53,691 bases of DNA from Candidatus Colimorpha merdihippi (GCA_018066145.1 JAGHRY010000035.1:1-53691), one strand, 5' to 3'; counted from the stretch's first letter, positions 1 to 8,500 are shown. Made by a program: numbers and translations. Notes: generated by a model from the letters alone, not told the origin.

Positions 1-282
1 AGCAGAGGTTCCAAGTTATTGAGATTGATTGGAACGCAAGGGCTTGGAAAGATTACATGCAAGCTAAGTATCCTTGGTGCGCAATGAATCCCGAGCGCGA
101 CACGCTTAGTTACTATGTGCCTCGCATTAATCCGGAGGTTGATGGTATCAGGTGGAACCAGCTGTCCCCTCGTGATACAGAGAAAATGCTGGTCTGGGCC
201 CATGATGCGTGGGGCAAGGAAGACTACGTTAATCGTATCAACTACATTGAGCTGTTGTACGATAAGCGAACCGCCGAATCTA
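1..282. repeat. Terminal overlap copy A (pairs with 53410..53691)
   Basis: Collinear with 53410..53691 except for 9 substitutions at window positions 102, 134, 151, 167, 177, 185, 191, 200 and 215. It lies inside a CDS, so the window is one 53,409-bp genome unit plus overlap. Confidence 0.95.
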
Positions 283-521
283 TCAAGGACACCATTGAAG
301 GTCTGTACTTTCGTAAACTGTCCTCTCAGCGAGAGCAGCTTGAAAGCACCCTTAACTTCCAAGGATACGGCGACTGGGTTCAGGAACACGCATCGCTGTC
401 GGACCGCGACTTCTGCCCTGCCCTTAAGAACGAAGTGGACATATGGTCCACGCTGGAACTAGTGTTCGAGAATCTCCAGGTTACTTCCAAGGTTGAACTA
501 CACGAGATGGAACCTTACTAA
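1..521 (+). CDS. AAA+ ATPase (MoxR/AAA_5-like), 3' portion; same gene as 52950..53691
   Basis: The frame of listed ORF 57..521 is open to the window edge and is in phase, through the overlap, with the ORF opening at 52950. The joined product is 326 aa. Confidence 0.85.
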   Translation, partial: QRFQVIEIDWNARAWKDYMQAKYPWCAMNPERDTLSYYVPRINPEVDGIRWNQLSPRDTEKMLVWAHDAWGKEDYVNRINYIELLYDKRTAESIKDTIEGLYFRKLSSQREQLESTLNFQGYGDWVQEHASLSDRDFCPALKNEVDIWSTLELVFENLQVTSKVELHEMEPY

Positions 522-540
522 GTTAAGTGAAGGAGAGTAT

Positions 541-1620
541 ATGTATATATACGACTATGATGCGGAGCTTCCGCTCAACTTCAGTAAGGACGGTAATCCG
601 GTTAAGCTTGGTACCATCTGGGTAGCAGAGTCTGCTGCGGATGCTAACAAGATTAAGACAGCCGGTCGTCCTTACATTCGTTTCTCTGGTGGCAAAGACC
701 AGTTGACCAAGCTGGTCATGCTGCCCTACCTGATGGCCAAGTTCCCTTATATCAAATGGGACAAAGTCCTTGATGTAAGTAGGAGACGTCAGGTACTTGT
801 CTCTGTACCAGGTGGTGAGTGTAACTCTACCCATCCTGCTGATGCCAAAGACTCCGGTATCAGTGACATGGCAACAAGCGCCCGTGTCTTTACCAATAAG
901 GGTAAGTCGCTTACACCTGGATTCCAGCAGGTAGACATCAGTGAATACTGGGGTCAGATGGAATCCATTGTTGACGTTGTGAAACTGCAACAAATGAAAC
1001 TACTGCCTATGTTCTTGGATAAGATTGTTGAGGCAACTCTGTCCAGGGCTGATGACCTGCGTTGGCAGGAGGGTTACAACAAGAAGCGTGGCCTCTGTGT
1101 TGGTAACTATAATGACCTCATTCAGGCAGACAACCTGCTCATCATTGATGTCTCCGCATCTATTCCTCGTGGTGTGTCTAGTACCATGCTTGCCTTGGCT
1201 GACACACTAAGGGAACAAATGAAGGCTGACCTCATTATCACTGGTGGTTGCTCTAAGTTCTGGAAGTATGGCGACGAGTTGCCTAGCCCTCAGGAACTGA
1301 GGGATATGATTCCTCTTGGCAATGAGTGCTACCAGTTTAAGAGCATTCTGAAGAGGGATATCTTCGGTCGCACCTATGATAATATTGTATCCTTCGGTGA
1401 CTTCGATTGTCCCGGTATGCTGACCAATAGGGAAGTATCTGATGCTGTTGGTACCAGGGTTGGTAAGCTGTATAGCTTCCGAGTAATTGACCCCAAGTGG
1501 TCCTGGGGTACTGACCGCTGGGAAGAGCCGGTTGGCTATTGTAAGTGGGTCAGTGAAGTATGTGTCAATTATGATTACGAGTGTGACACCGAATGGATTA
1601 AGGACTTGAAGAGTAGATAG
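541..1620 (+). CDS. vWA-domain protein (partner of the AAA+ ATPase)
   Basis: ATG 541 is preceded by GAAGGAGAG (the listed ORF starts at TTG 493). It has a MIDAS-like DxSxS in LLIIDVSASIPRGVSST and directly follows a MoxR-like ATPase, the classical MoxR-vWA pairing. Confidence 0.5.
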   Translation: MYIYDYDAELPLNFSKDGNPVKLGTIWVAESAADANKIKTAGRPYIRFSGGKDQLTKLVMLPYLMAKFPYIKWDKVLDVSRRRQVLVSVPGGECNSTHPADAKDSGISDMATSARVFTNKGKSLTPGFQQVDISEYWGQMESIVDVVKLQQMKLLPMFLDKIVEATLSRADDLRWQEGYNKKRGLCVGNYNDLIQADNLLIIDVSASIPRGVSSTMLALADTLREQMKADLIITGGCSKFWKYGDELPSPQELRDMIPLGNECYQFKSILKRDIFGRTYDNIVSFGDFDCPGMLTNREVSDAVGTRVGKLYSFRVIDPKWSWGTDRWEEPVGYCKWVSEVCVNYDYECDTEWIKDLKSR

Positions 1621-1627
1621 GAGACCT

Positions 1628-2380
1628 ATGGACATCACGCAGTTCCCGCCTCCACCTGTAGAACAGAGCTGGTACTTCTGGTGTTACCAGGCTGGACTGC
1701 GTGGTGTTGCATGGGAAGACATCTATGCTTTTGCTAATTTCGAGAAAAAAATTCTCCGACCAAAGGACCATGACAATTGGTTCCGAGGTTACCACAAGAA
1801 CCAAGACCCGTTTGCTATCGAGCAGCAGCCGGTTTGGCGTCAGACAGATACGTTAACTATTAACCAATTTGCTACCAGACCAGCTGACTATCGAGAGCCC
1901 ATAGACTATTTCATTCCGTGCACAAAGGACTGCCGTCCTCTTGTCAAGTGGTCAAAGACAAGGTGTACAGAGATGCAGGCTTGGGCTTATAGAAACTGTG
2001 AGGTACTAGGTAGGAACTTAAAAGGACTCAAGCTTGTAGTCCTTGATATAGATGGCGACCATGATGGTACACCTGACTGGGAAGTAATCAACTATTGGTC
2101 TCGCTTTTTAAACTATACTTTCTCAAGAGTTAAGGTTGATGGCCAAGGCAGACCAGTCAGTTTCCATCTTGAGTTCTATACTGACCGTATCATTCCTACT
2201 ATGCACTTCTATAAGCTGGACCTGTTGGGTAACATGAATAATCAGGTTCAGTACCTGAAGCCTAATAAGATTGCCAACAATATTCCAAGGGCACCCTTGG
2301 ATGATTATGTACTAGGAGAGCTCAATGCCTACATTAAACAACATGAGTATGCTCGACTGGATCGAGCTTATGACCAGTGA
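1628..2380 (+). CDS. Archaeo-eukaryotic primase / PrimPol-like protein
   Basis: RBS TAGGAGA. AEP-like motifs occur in order: LKLVVLDIDGDHD (DxD), RPVSFHLEFYTD (sxH), KLDLLGNMNNQVQYLKP (hDhhG..P). Confidence 0.55.
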   Translation: MDITQFPPPPVEQSWYFWCYQAGLRGVAWEDIYAFANFEKKILRPKDHDNWFRGYHKNQDPFAIEQQPVWRQTDTLTINQFATRPADYREPIDYFIPCTKDCRPLVKWSKTRCTEMQAWAYRNCEVLGRNLKGLKLVVLDIDGDHDGTPDWEVINYWSRFLNYTFSRVKVDGQGRPVSFHLEFYTDRIIPTMHFYKLDLLGNMNNQVQYLKPNKIANNIPRAPLDDYVLGELNAYIKQHEYARLDRAYDQ

Positions 2381-2549
2381 GAGACTGGGCACTGATACCA
2401 AGGAAAAACTTGGTGAGCTGAAGAAACGAGCTGACATGCTGCTTCATAACTTTGGCGTCAACGATGCTGCCTACATTGAGGCAGAGGCAGAACTTGCTGC
2501 CTTCGTTGAGCGCATGAACTTGGCAGGAGGTTACGATGCCCTCGCTTAA
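2325..2549 (+). CDS. Hypothetical protein (74 aa)
   Basis: RBS TAGGAGAG lies 5 nt upstream of the ATG. The ORF overlaps the primase 3' end by 56 nt. Confidence 0.5.
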   Translation: MPTLNNMSMLDWIELMTSERLGTDTKEKLGELKKRADMLLHNFGVNDAAYIEAEAELAAFVERMNLAGGYDALA

Positions 2550-3279
2550 TAACAACAAGTATATCCAGACCATCGACATTCTCAAGAACACTGACATCTT
2601 CGGTTGCATCACCGGCTCTAGTCTCTGGGCTTACGATACTGACATCTCTAGCTGGGACTCCGACGTTGATATCTTTGTCTACACTGAGATGGCCTTCATG
2701 GATGCAGTGGCCCAGGTTAAGGCACTAGGTTGGCACCTTGCTACTGAAGGCGAGCGCTGGAAGTGGAAGCGTACCAAGGAACATGGTATGAAGAAGGTCA
2801 AGGGTGGTCAGCCTATGTGTACCTTGAAACTGAACCGAGAAGGTTGGCCTCAGATTAACATTAGTATCAAGCCTAACCAGGGTTCCGTTTGCGATGTCAT
2901 CACTGCCTTCGACCAGACTTGTATTATGGCAGGCTGGGACATCAAGAAGAAAATCATGCTTGACTTCCGTGACATGTGGACCGGTGACAAGTGGACCTCT
3001 ATGTTGAATCCTCTTCGTGACCAGGACTATGAAGCCTATACTACTAAGACCTGGTTGCGTCAGACTGATAGGTTGCAGAAGTACCACGACCGTGGCTTTG
3101 ATGTCAGTATTGCTACCAAGGGTTACATCACTATGATTGATGAGACCTTGAAGATTGGTAACCTGTTCCCTCAGTCTGAAGCAAGCGTTGTGTTCTTCGA
3201 AGAGACTACTAGCGAGTTCGCTAAGATTAGGGATAGCCTCAAGGCTTTCCTCAAAGAGGAGTATGAGATTAATGAGTGA
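2536..3279 (+). CDS. Hypothetical protein with a possible minimal nucleotidyltransferase motif
   Basis: RBS AGGAGG. The segment GCITGSSLWAYDTDISSWDSDVDIFVY fits the pol-beta-type hG[GS]x9-20DxD pattern. This is motif-level evidence only. Confidence 0.3.
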   Translation: MPSLNNNKYIQTIDILKNTDIFGCITGSSLWAYDTDISSWDSDVDIFVYTEMAFMDAVAQVKALGWHLATEGERWKWKRTKEHGMKKVKGGQPMCTLKLNREGWPQINISIKPNQGSVCDVITAFDQTCIMAGWDIKKKIMLDFRDMWTGDKWTSMLNPLRDQDYEAYTTKTWLRQTDRLQKYHDRGFDVSIATKGYITMIDETLKIGNLFPQSEASVVFFEETTSEFAKIRDSLKAFLKEEYEINE

Positions 3280-3502
3280 GCACATTATTGACACCAGTGT
3301 TGTTCCTAAGTCATGGAATGTCAAAGAGTTCGCCATTGACAAAGTGACTCGTTGTGAAGACTGCATGTTCCATGATGATGGTTGGTGTCATGTCTGGGAA
3401 GCTGAGACTATTCCGGATGGTTGGTGCTACCAAGGAGCTGAGTCTGATGAAGACTATTGTGTGAAGATTGAGGAGGTTCTGAATGTCAGAGCAGTTGCAT
3501 GA
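3272..3502 (+). CDS. Small Cys-rich protein (76 aa)
   Basis: The internal ATG of listed ORF 3155..3502 overlaps the upstream stop (ATGAGTGA), with AGAGGAG upstream. Contains CEDCMFHDDGWCH..WCYQG. Confidence 0.55.
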   Translation: MSEHIIDTSVVPKSWNVKEFAIDKVTRCEDCMFHDDGWCHVWEAETIPDGWCYQGAESDEDYCVKIEEVLNVRAVA

Positions 3503-3884
3503 GTGGTGTCTTGAGTTGTTGACCAATGCTACAGGCGAGCGCCTGCCTGATGGTCACTCAGTCAAGGAAGAAGAGTACAAGTGGCACGGCTTTGCTTCTC
3601 ATGGTTACCGCAACAATGATGTTGTCAATAGCATGATCGCCTTCTTCTATGAGCATGGCGAGATTCCAACTGACAGCAAACCTTGGTGGGCTAGTAGCCG
3701 CAACAAGGAAGCCGTCAAAGAATACATGGAGTGGGCAAGAGAACACATGGATGAGGAAGACTGGCTTGATGTAGATACGAAAGCACGCGGTGTCATTCCA
3801 TATATCGTTATCTATCGCGAACATCCTGAGTGGTATCTCATCCAGTGTGACTATCTACCTGGTAGTTTGTTGGCAACTTTCTAA
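3483..3884 (+). CDS. Hypothetical protein (133 aa)
   Basis: RBS GAGGAGG upstream of the ATG; fits tightly in the operon. Confidence 0.65.
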   Translation: MSEQLHEWCLELLTNATGERLPDGHSVKEEEYKWHGFASHGYRNNDVVNSMIAFFYEHGEIPTDSKPWWASSRNKEAVKEYMEWAREHMDEEDWLDVDTKARGVIPYIVIYREHPEWYLIQCDYLPGSLLATF

Positions 3885-3898
3885 GAGAAAGGAAAGAT

Positions 3899-4651
3899 AT
3901 GGCATACGATCCGTTTGCAATCAGGGGTGCACAGACTGACCGCATCAAGTGGAACTTCAGTAACCCCAACGAGGTGGACTACAATCCGTCCATCACTGGC
4001 GACATTGTTGAGATTCGCCAGGTCCAAGCTAAGAATCACATGACAGGCCAGCGTGAAACCTGGCCTGATGGCAACCCTAAGCTGAACATGTGCTTCGTGC
4101 TTGACGTGCCCGATCTTGGCGGCGAGGTTGGCTGGGTCTTCAGTCCCAAGTCGGCTGCCGCTGATGCAGTCAAGGCTGCCCTTGCTGCCGCTGGTCTGCC
4201 GGGTAACAGCTGGGCCAACATGGCACAGATGAATGTCACCATCAGTACTCAGGATGGTGTCTATGGCGCAGGCCATCCGCGTCCATGGCAGGTGGTTGTC
4301 AACGGCCCGGCAACCGCTGCGTTCCGTGGCCTGTTCCCATTTGAACCTAGACAGGAACAGTCTCCGCAGCAGCAGGCACAGCCTCAGGCGCAGCCTATGC
4401 AGCAGCAGTATCAGCAGCAGGCTCCGCGACAGGCGCCGCAGTTTGATAACCCGCAGTTGCAGCGTAGCTTCAATGCGGCAAGTGCTGCTGTCCGTCAGTC
4501 ACAATTCAATGTGCCTAACCCGCAGCCGCAGTACCAGAACTTCCAGCAGAATCCTCAGTATCAGCAGATGACACAGGCGTCTCAGCCGCAACCTCTGCCG
4601 TATAATGATTACGAGCAGGTACCATACGCTGACGCTGACATCCCCTTTTAG
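3899..4651 (+). CDS. ssb: Single-stranded DNA-binding protein-like (Q/P-rich linker, acidic DADIPF tip)
   Basis: RBS GAGAAAGGAAAG. The C-terminal half is a Gln/Pro-rich low-complexity linker ending ..YADADIPF, the hallmark bacterial SSB C-terminal tip (D-D-D-I-P-F type). Confidence 0.6.
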   Translation: MAYDPFAIRGAQTDRIKWNFSNPNEVDYNPSITGDIVEIRQVQAKNHMTGQRETWPDGNPKLNMCFVLDVPDLGGEVGWVFSPKSAAADAVKAALAAAGLPGNSWANMAQMNVTISTQDGVYGAGHPRPWQVVVNGPATAAFRGLFPFEPRQEQSPQQQAQPQAQPMQQQYQQQAPRQAPQFDNPQLQRSFNAASAAVRQSQFNVPNPQPQYQNFQQNPQYQQMTQASQPQPLPYNDYEQVPYADADIPF

Positions 4652-4704
4652 CCAACTCGTTGAATCACAACCCTGGTTTCAAATCCTAATGAAAGGAAAC
4701 AAAT

Positions 4705-5262
4705 ATGACTAAGCTTCTGACTATCGCCAAGGACCAGCTGCATGTAGCAGGAGGTTACCTCCTGGATGCTGAGGACAACATCATTGCTGTCCCCAACCAG
4801 CGTGAAATTATCTTCCAGTTCAACCAGCTGCTGCATGACCTGGAGCTTGCTGCTTACGTTCAGGAACAGCCTGATTACTCTCCGGCTCCCACCACTGCCG
4901 GCTTCGGTGCCAAGAAGAAGTATGTCTTCGCTGAGCCTGACGACTGGGCAAAGGAAGCATTGGCTGCCAAGGAGCTGGAGGCCAAGACTCTGGATGCTGC
5001 TCTCAAGGAAGTAGCTGATGCCCAGAAGGTTGACGAGCAGATGCACCAGGTACTTGAGCTTGTCCACTTCTGTGAGACCGAAGAGTTCACTGTGCCCGAG
5101 GATTACGAAGGCATCTGTGGTTGGGACGAGCGCGTGCTCCTGATGGATGGCTGCTTCATTATGGAAGCCTTCATCCATATCAACGAACAGAAGGCGCGCA
5201 CCCTTCAGGGCCCCAAGACTGGTAGCCCTGTCTGCAACTGCAAGCCCACTGTGGAGCTGTAG
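4705..5262 (+). CDS. Hypothetical protein (185 aa)
   Basis: RBS AAAGGAAA. It sits between the SSB-like and exonuclease genes. A recombination role is possible but unsupported. Confidence 0.6.
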   Translation: MTKLLTIAKDQLHVAGGYLLDAEDNIIAVPNQREIIFQFNQLLHDLELAAYVQEQPDYSPAPTTAGFGAKKKYVFAEPDDWAKEALAAKELEAKTLDAALKEVADAQKVDEQMHQVLELVHFCETEEFTVPEDYEGICGWDERVLLMDGCFIMEAFIHINEQKARTLQGPKTGSPVCNCKPTVEL

Positions 5263-6020
5263 TGCGTAGCTGGAACCATAAGGTTAACCCCGCTTGGCTT
5301 CTTGCCAGGCGGGGTGTGGTCACTGCCACCGAGCTACGTGACTTAAGAACCGCTTACAAGAAAGCTACGGTGGCACAAAAGAAGGGAGTATCAATTAATG
5401 AAACTGTGGCTGGCCTATGGGCTGAGAAGCACAGCCTCGAAGTTGATCCCTATTCCTCTGGAGCAGCAGCGCGCGGTCACCATCTCGAACCCTATGCTGT
5501 CCAAGAGTTTAACGAGTCTTACCCAGAGATGCATCATTGGGATGACTGTATCATCACCGATGGATTCCTTGGGTTCAGCCCTGATGCCATGGACGTTGAG
5601 CAGAATGAATCTTATGGTGTTAAGGTGCACTACTCGGAACTGGTGGGACAACCTACGTCCATCCTTGAGATTAAGAGTTACTCGGCAAAGAACCATATCA
5701 AGTCGTGCATCACGGCGAAGGAGAAGCTACCTGAAAGGTACCAACTCGCCGGGGCTATGGCTGTCTGCCCGTCCATTGAAGAGGCGTACCTCATCTTCTA
5801 CAACCCTTCACATGAGGTCGGCAAGTTCGTGGTTCACTACACCCGTGAAGAACTACAGGAGGAGATTAAGGAAGTCAGAGAACTGGCAGCCTGGGTCCGC
5901 CTTCAGTTCCAAACCTGCGACAACAAGCTGGTGTCTTGCCGCACGTCGTTTACAGAGGATGCAATCTATAAGGATTACCTCGAAACCCAACAGCTAGATA
6001 ACAACTTCACTATCAGATAG
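5262..6020 (+). CDS. YqaJ / lambda-Exo-type PD-(D/E)XK exonuclease
   Basis: GTG start with GGAG upstream. Contains WLLARRGVVTATELRDL (YqaJ N-terminal signature), GFSPDAMD and ILEIKSY (D..ExK core). Confidence 0.55.
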   Translation: MRSWNHKVNPAWLLARRGVVTATELRDLRTAYKKATVAQKKGVSINETVAGLWAEKHSLEVDPYSSGAAARGHHLEPYAVQEFNESYPEMHHWDDCIITDGFLGFSPDAMDVEQNESYGVKVHYSELVGQPTSILEIKSYSAKNHIKSCITAKEKLPERYQLAGAMAVCPSIEEAYLIFYNPSHEVGKFVVHYTREELQEEIKEVRELAAWVRLQFQTCDNKLVSCRTSFTEDAIYKDYLETQQLDNNFTIR

Positions 6021-6028
6021 GAGAAGCA

Positions 6029-6499
6029 ATGACTCTGAAAGTTGTCAACAAGATTAAGTGGAAGGTCTCCGACGAGGAATTGAAGGCAGCAGGTGTTAGC
6101 AAGGAGAAGGTCGAACACGCCATCAAAGTCCCCTTGCTGATGAGGGTCACCGAGGGTGAGCCTCCCATTATGATTGATGATCTCTATGATGGAACCAAGG
6201 TAGCCTTTGCTTACACGAATGCCGACGATTCCGAACTGCATCTGGTCTATGGTTCTGTCACCATGACTGACAATCCTGAGGAGCCCAAGTATTGGGAGCC
6301 AGATCGTAATACCCTGCACAAGATGTTCGCTAAGGACCACCCGAAGATTCGCCATCGTGTTAACCAGTGGCTCGCAGAAGCAGGCTGGCCTGTTGAAAGC
6401 TGGTCGATAAAGTGTGACTACTTTGCTGCTTGCATTGTCAATGGCGAGGGACTTGATACTCGTGTCCATCGTAACATCGAGTTCCCGGATGTACTCTAG
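6029..6499 (+). CDS. Hypothetical protein (156 aa)
   Basis: RBS TAGGAGAAG upstream of the ATG. Confidence 0.65.
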   Translation: MTLKVVNKIKWKVSDEELKAAGVSKEKVEHAIKVPLLMRVTEGEPPIMIDDLYDGTKVAFAYTNADDSELHLVYGSVTMTDNPEEPKYWEPDRNTLHKMFAKDHPKIRHRVNQWLAEAGWPVESWSIKCDYFAACIVNGEGLDTRVHRNIEFPDVL

Positions 6500-6501
6500 C
6501 T

Positions 6502-6837
6502 ATGAACGAAGCTGAGTGGGAAGTTGCTATGGATGACCTTGAGTTCTACCGTGACTGGATTGACGACCAGATTGTAGAGCAGCATTATCAGGAGGAACGT
6601 ATGGACGAGGAACTGGAAGAGCTGTACGAGAACCTCGACTTCTATTCCGACTGGATTGACGAGCTTGAAGAACTTGTTGACGAAAAGAGTCGGAAGATTT
6701 ACGAGCTTGAAGAGCAGCTTGAACATCAACGAAAGGTTATCCTCTCTTTGCGTAATAAGAACAGTCAGCTTATTGGAGACATCAATGAGCTGCTTGATGA
6801 GAAGGAGGAAATCTTACATGGCTACACTACTGCTTGA
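6502..6837 (+). CDS. Acidic coiled-coil protein (111 aa)
   Basis: The start lies 3 nt after the upstream stop. There is an internal duplication: LEFYRDWIDDQ / LDFYSDWIDEL. Confidence 0.55.
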   Translation: MNEAEWEVAMDDLEFYRDWIDDQIVEQHYQEERMDEELEELYENLDFYSDWIDELEELVDEKSRKIYELEEQLEHQRKVILSLRNKNSQLIGDINELLDEKEEILHGYTTA

Positions 6838-7123
6838 GTATGATGACTTATGCGAAACCATGTGGGGCCATTGTACTGCTTGCCGTGCTGCTATCATGGA
6901 AGCAGAAGCTGGGTACAACTTCTGTCCTTACTGTGGTGAGCCGTTCCTTCACTGTGAAACATCGACGACCTTTAAGGAGTTTGAATTGAGCAAAGAGTTC
7001 AATGAGGAACTGAATGAGTACAACTACTATGAAAAACCTGAGGGCCCATTCCTTGAGGACTATGTGGACTACGAGGATATGACGCCCGAGCAGAGGCAGG
7101 CGATTCTTAATGGGGCTAACTAA
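6818..7123 (+). CDS. Zinc-ribbon protein (101 aa)
   Basis: The internal ATG of listed ORF 6656..7123 is preceded by GAAGGAGGAA. Contains CTACRAA...CPYCGEP (CxxC..CxxC). Confidence 0.6.
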   Translation: MATLLLEYDDLCETMWGHCTACRAAIMEAEAGYNFCPYCGEPFLHCETSTTFKEFELSKEFNEELNEYNYYEKPEGPFLEDYVDYEDMTPEQRQAILNGAN

Positions 7124-7361
7124 GAGACAAAAGCTGTCTCGTCCCCGTAAGCCTAACTATGATGCCTACGTCCTATACAAAGGCGACTGGGTAGTAGGAG
7201 TGTTCGACACTCTTGATGCCATTGCTACCTTCACTGGGTTCGAGCGAGTCACTGTGGCACAGTGGTCGCAGCCCAGTTACCGTAAGGCATTTGACGAAGG
7301 CAAGCATCTTCGGAATCATTATCTGATTCAACCCGTTAAGTTTGACGGGCATGATGTATAA
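7110..7361 (+). CDS. Hypothetical protein (83 aa)
   Basis: The ATG overlaps the upstream gene end. Last gene before a long non-coding tract. Confidence 0.5.
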   Translation: MGLTKRQKLSRPRKPNYDAYVLYKGDWVVGVFDTLDAIATFTGFERVTVAQWSQPSYRKAFDEGKHLRNHYLIQPVKFDGHDV

Positions 7362-7724
7362 TATAAGTACGGGGTCAATATCGTAGTCGTGGCTAAGCCG
7401 CTACCTATGTCACGGCGTTAGGCTTAAGACCCTTCTCCCTAATGGCGCCTGGTGTGTGGACCACTGGGTGCCAACCTATCTGATATGGAGCAGAGCACGA
7501 CCAACTGAACCACTCCATAGTATCCTGGTTCTGAGTTGATTGCACCCATGTAGAAAGGACAGGAAATCCCTTTAGGTACCTGAGGCGTGTCGGGTGCCTA
7601 CTGACCCTGTTAGAATCAGGTGGAAGCATGAGGTGCCACGCGCTAAGCTGGCCTAGCAGCACGGTTGGCAAGTATCAGGAAACTTGTCCTACGGGTTAGC
7701 GACTAGGTATCGCCCCGTGGCCAT
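7362..7724 (+). ncRNA. Candidate structured non-coding RNA upstream of the tRNA
   Basis: About 360 nt with no RBS-supported ORF. Several stems are visible by eye, e.g. GATATGGAG..CTCCATAGTATC at 7481-7524 and GGCAAGT..CTTGTCC at 7667-7690. The family is unknown. Confidence 0.3.
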
Positions 7725-7798
7725 TGCGGAGTGATGTAACGGTAACATCTGGGGCTCATAATCCCAGTCTCCGGGTTCGACTCCCGGCTCCGCGACCA
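7725..7798 (+). tRNA. tRNA with anticodon CAT (Met, initiator, or Ile2 if lysidinylated)
   Basis: The cloverleaf can be drawn by hand. Acceptor TGCGGAG/CTCCGCG (U1-G72 wobble). D arm ATGT-AACGGTA-ACAT. Anticodon arm TGGGG-CTCATAA-TCCCA. T arm CCGGG-TTCGACT-CCCGG. Discriminator A and an encoded CCA. Confidence 0.85.
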
Positions 7799-7813
7799 AT
7801 GAAAGGAGCACGA

Positions 7814-7990
7814 ATGTTTCGTGTTGAATCATATTTCCAAGCTGACGAACGTTCTTCCGGAACGTGGACCTGGGAAGGAGACTTCCAGGAACTTGAGGAA
7901 GCAAAGGAGTTCGTCAAGAAACGCAAGCAGGCTGGCTCTCTTTCCGAGTTTCATATCTGGGAAAAGAAGCTAACCTGGGCTCCAACTTAG
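7814..7990 (+). CDS. Hypothetical protein (58 aa)
   Basis: Internal ATG of listed ORF 7724..7990, preceded by AAAGGAG. The listed 5' extension would run through the tRNA. Confidence 0.55.
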   Translation: MFRVESYFQADERSSGTWTWEGDFQELEEAKEFVKKRKQAGSLSEFHIWEKKLTWAPT

Positions 7991-8260
7991 GCTTAGTAAC
8001 TAGGCTTACTCATAGTATGTGTACACAACAAGTTTCCTCCTGCGAAAGCTTGAAGGAGTAAAACCGTGGTCTTGTGAGTGGCACATATAGAGGCGCTGGT
8101 GTATCGACCAGGACGGCATCAGTAAATGAAACCTATGCTACCAGGTTGCAGAGGGAGGGTACCGGAAGCCATCCCTCAGTTTGGAAGTAGCTACCCGGGG
8201 TGCCCGGAAAGAATAGGTACCACATGTAGCAGCAGGCGCAACCTGCGCTGCAACATTTAT
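7991..8260 (+). ncRNA. Candidate structured RNA ending at a strong terminator
   Basis: About 270 nt without a credible ORF. Stems include CTGGT..ACCAG (8095-8111), GAGGGA..TCCCTC (8151-8178), CCGGG-gtg-CCCGG (8196-8208) and GCAGGCGCA..TGCGCTGC (8232-8251). It is capped by the 8261 terminator. Confidence 0.3.
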
Positions 8261-8297
8261 GCAGTCCCGTCCGGGGGGCTGCCTTTTTTTTTTTTTT
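8261..8297 (+). terminator. Rho-independent terminator
   Basis: An 8-bp stem GCAGTCCC/GGGGCTGC (one G-U) with a 6-nt loop, followed by a run of 14 T (8284-8297). Confidence 0.85.
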
Positions 8298-8299
8298 AT

Positions 8300-8339
8300 T
8301 TGTTAACTTGTTGTTAACTTATTTGTTACCTTGTTTCCG
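8300..8339. repeat. Tandem 11-12-nt repeats TTGTTAACTT / TTGTTAACTT / TTGTTACCTT / TTGTTTCC
   Basis: Copies at 8300, 8311, 8323 and 8331, one per helical turn. They are followed by the 12-bp palindrome TTAACTAGTTAA (8348-8359) and a second TTAACTAG at 8386-8393. Confidence 0.8.
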
Positions 8340-8395
8340 TAAGGAACTTAACTAGTTAAATGTTTTGCGGTTAGACACATTTTTTTTAACTAGAT

Positions 8396-8500
8396 GTCAG
8401 GCGTGCTTCGCACTTTTTCCAGCGAAAGATGGTTGGGGTTTCGCACTTTTCCGGATATTGAAAACGTGGGGAATCGCATCTTTTCCAAGATTTCAGGAAC
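8396..8500. repeat. Three about 33-35-nt direct repeats with core (T/A)TCGCA(C/T)(C)TTTTCC
   Basis: Cores at 8407-8420, 8440-8452 and 8473-8486, each preceded by a G-rich patch. TATAAT at 8501-8506 lies just downstream. Confidence 0.75.

Noticed and set aside
7362-7724. A second tRNA, or a tmRNA, upstream of the tRNA(CAT).
   Set aside because: I could not build a cloverleaf. There is no GTTCRANYC T-loop on either strand apart from the one at 7775, and no tag-peptide reading frame with a tRNA-like end.
7405-8317. Listed ORFs 7405..7671 (-), 7689..7904 (-), the 5' extension of 7724..7990 (+), and 8126..8317 (+).
   Set aside because: They run through the tRNA or the T14 terminator and lack an RBS. 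Only the 7814 ATG with AAAGGAG was kept.
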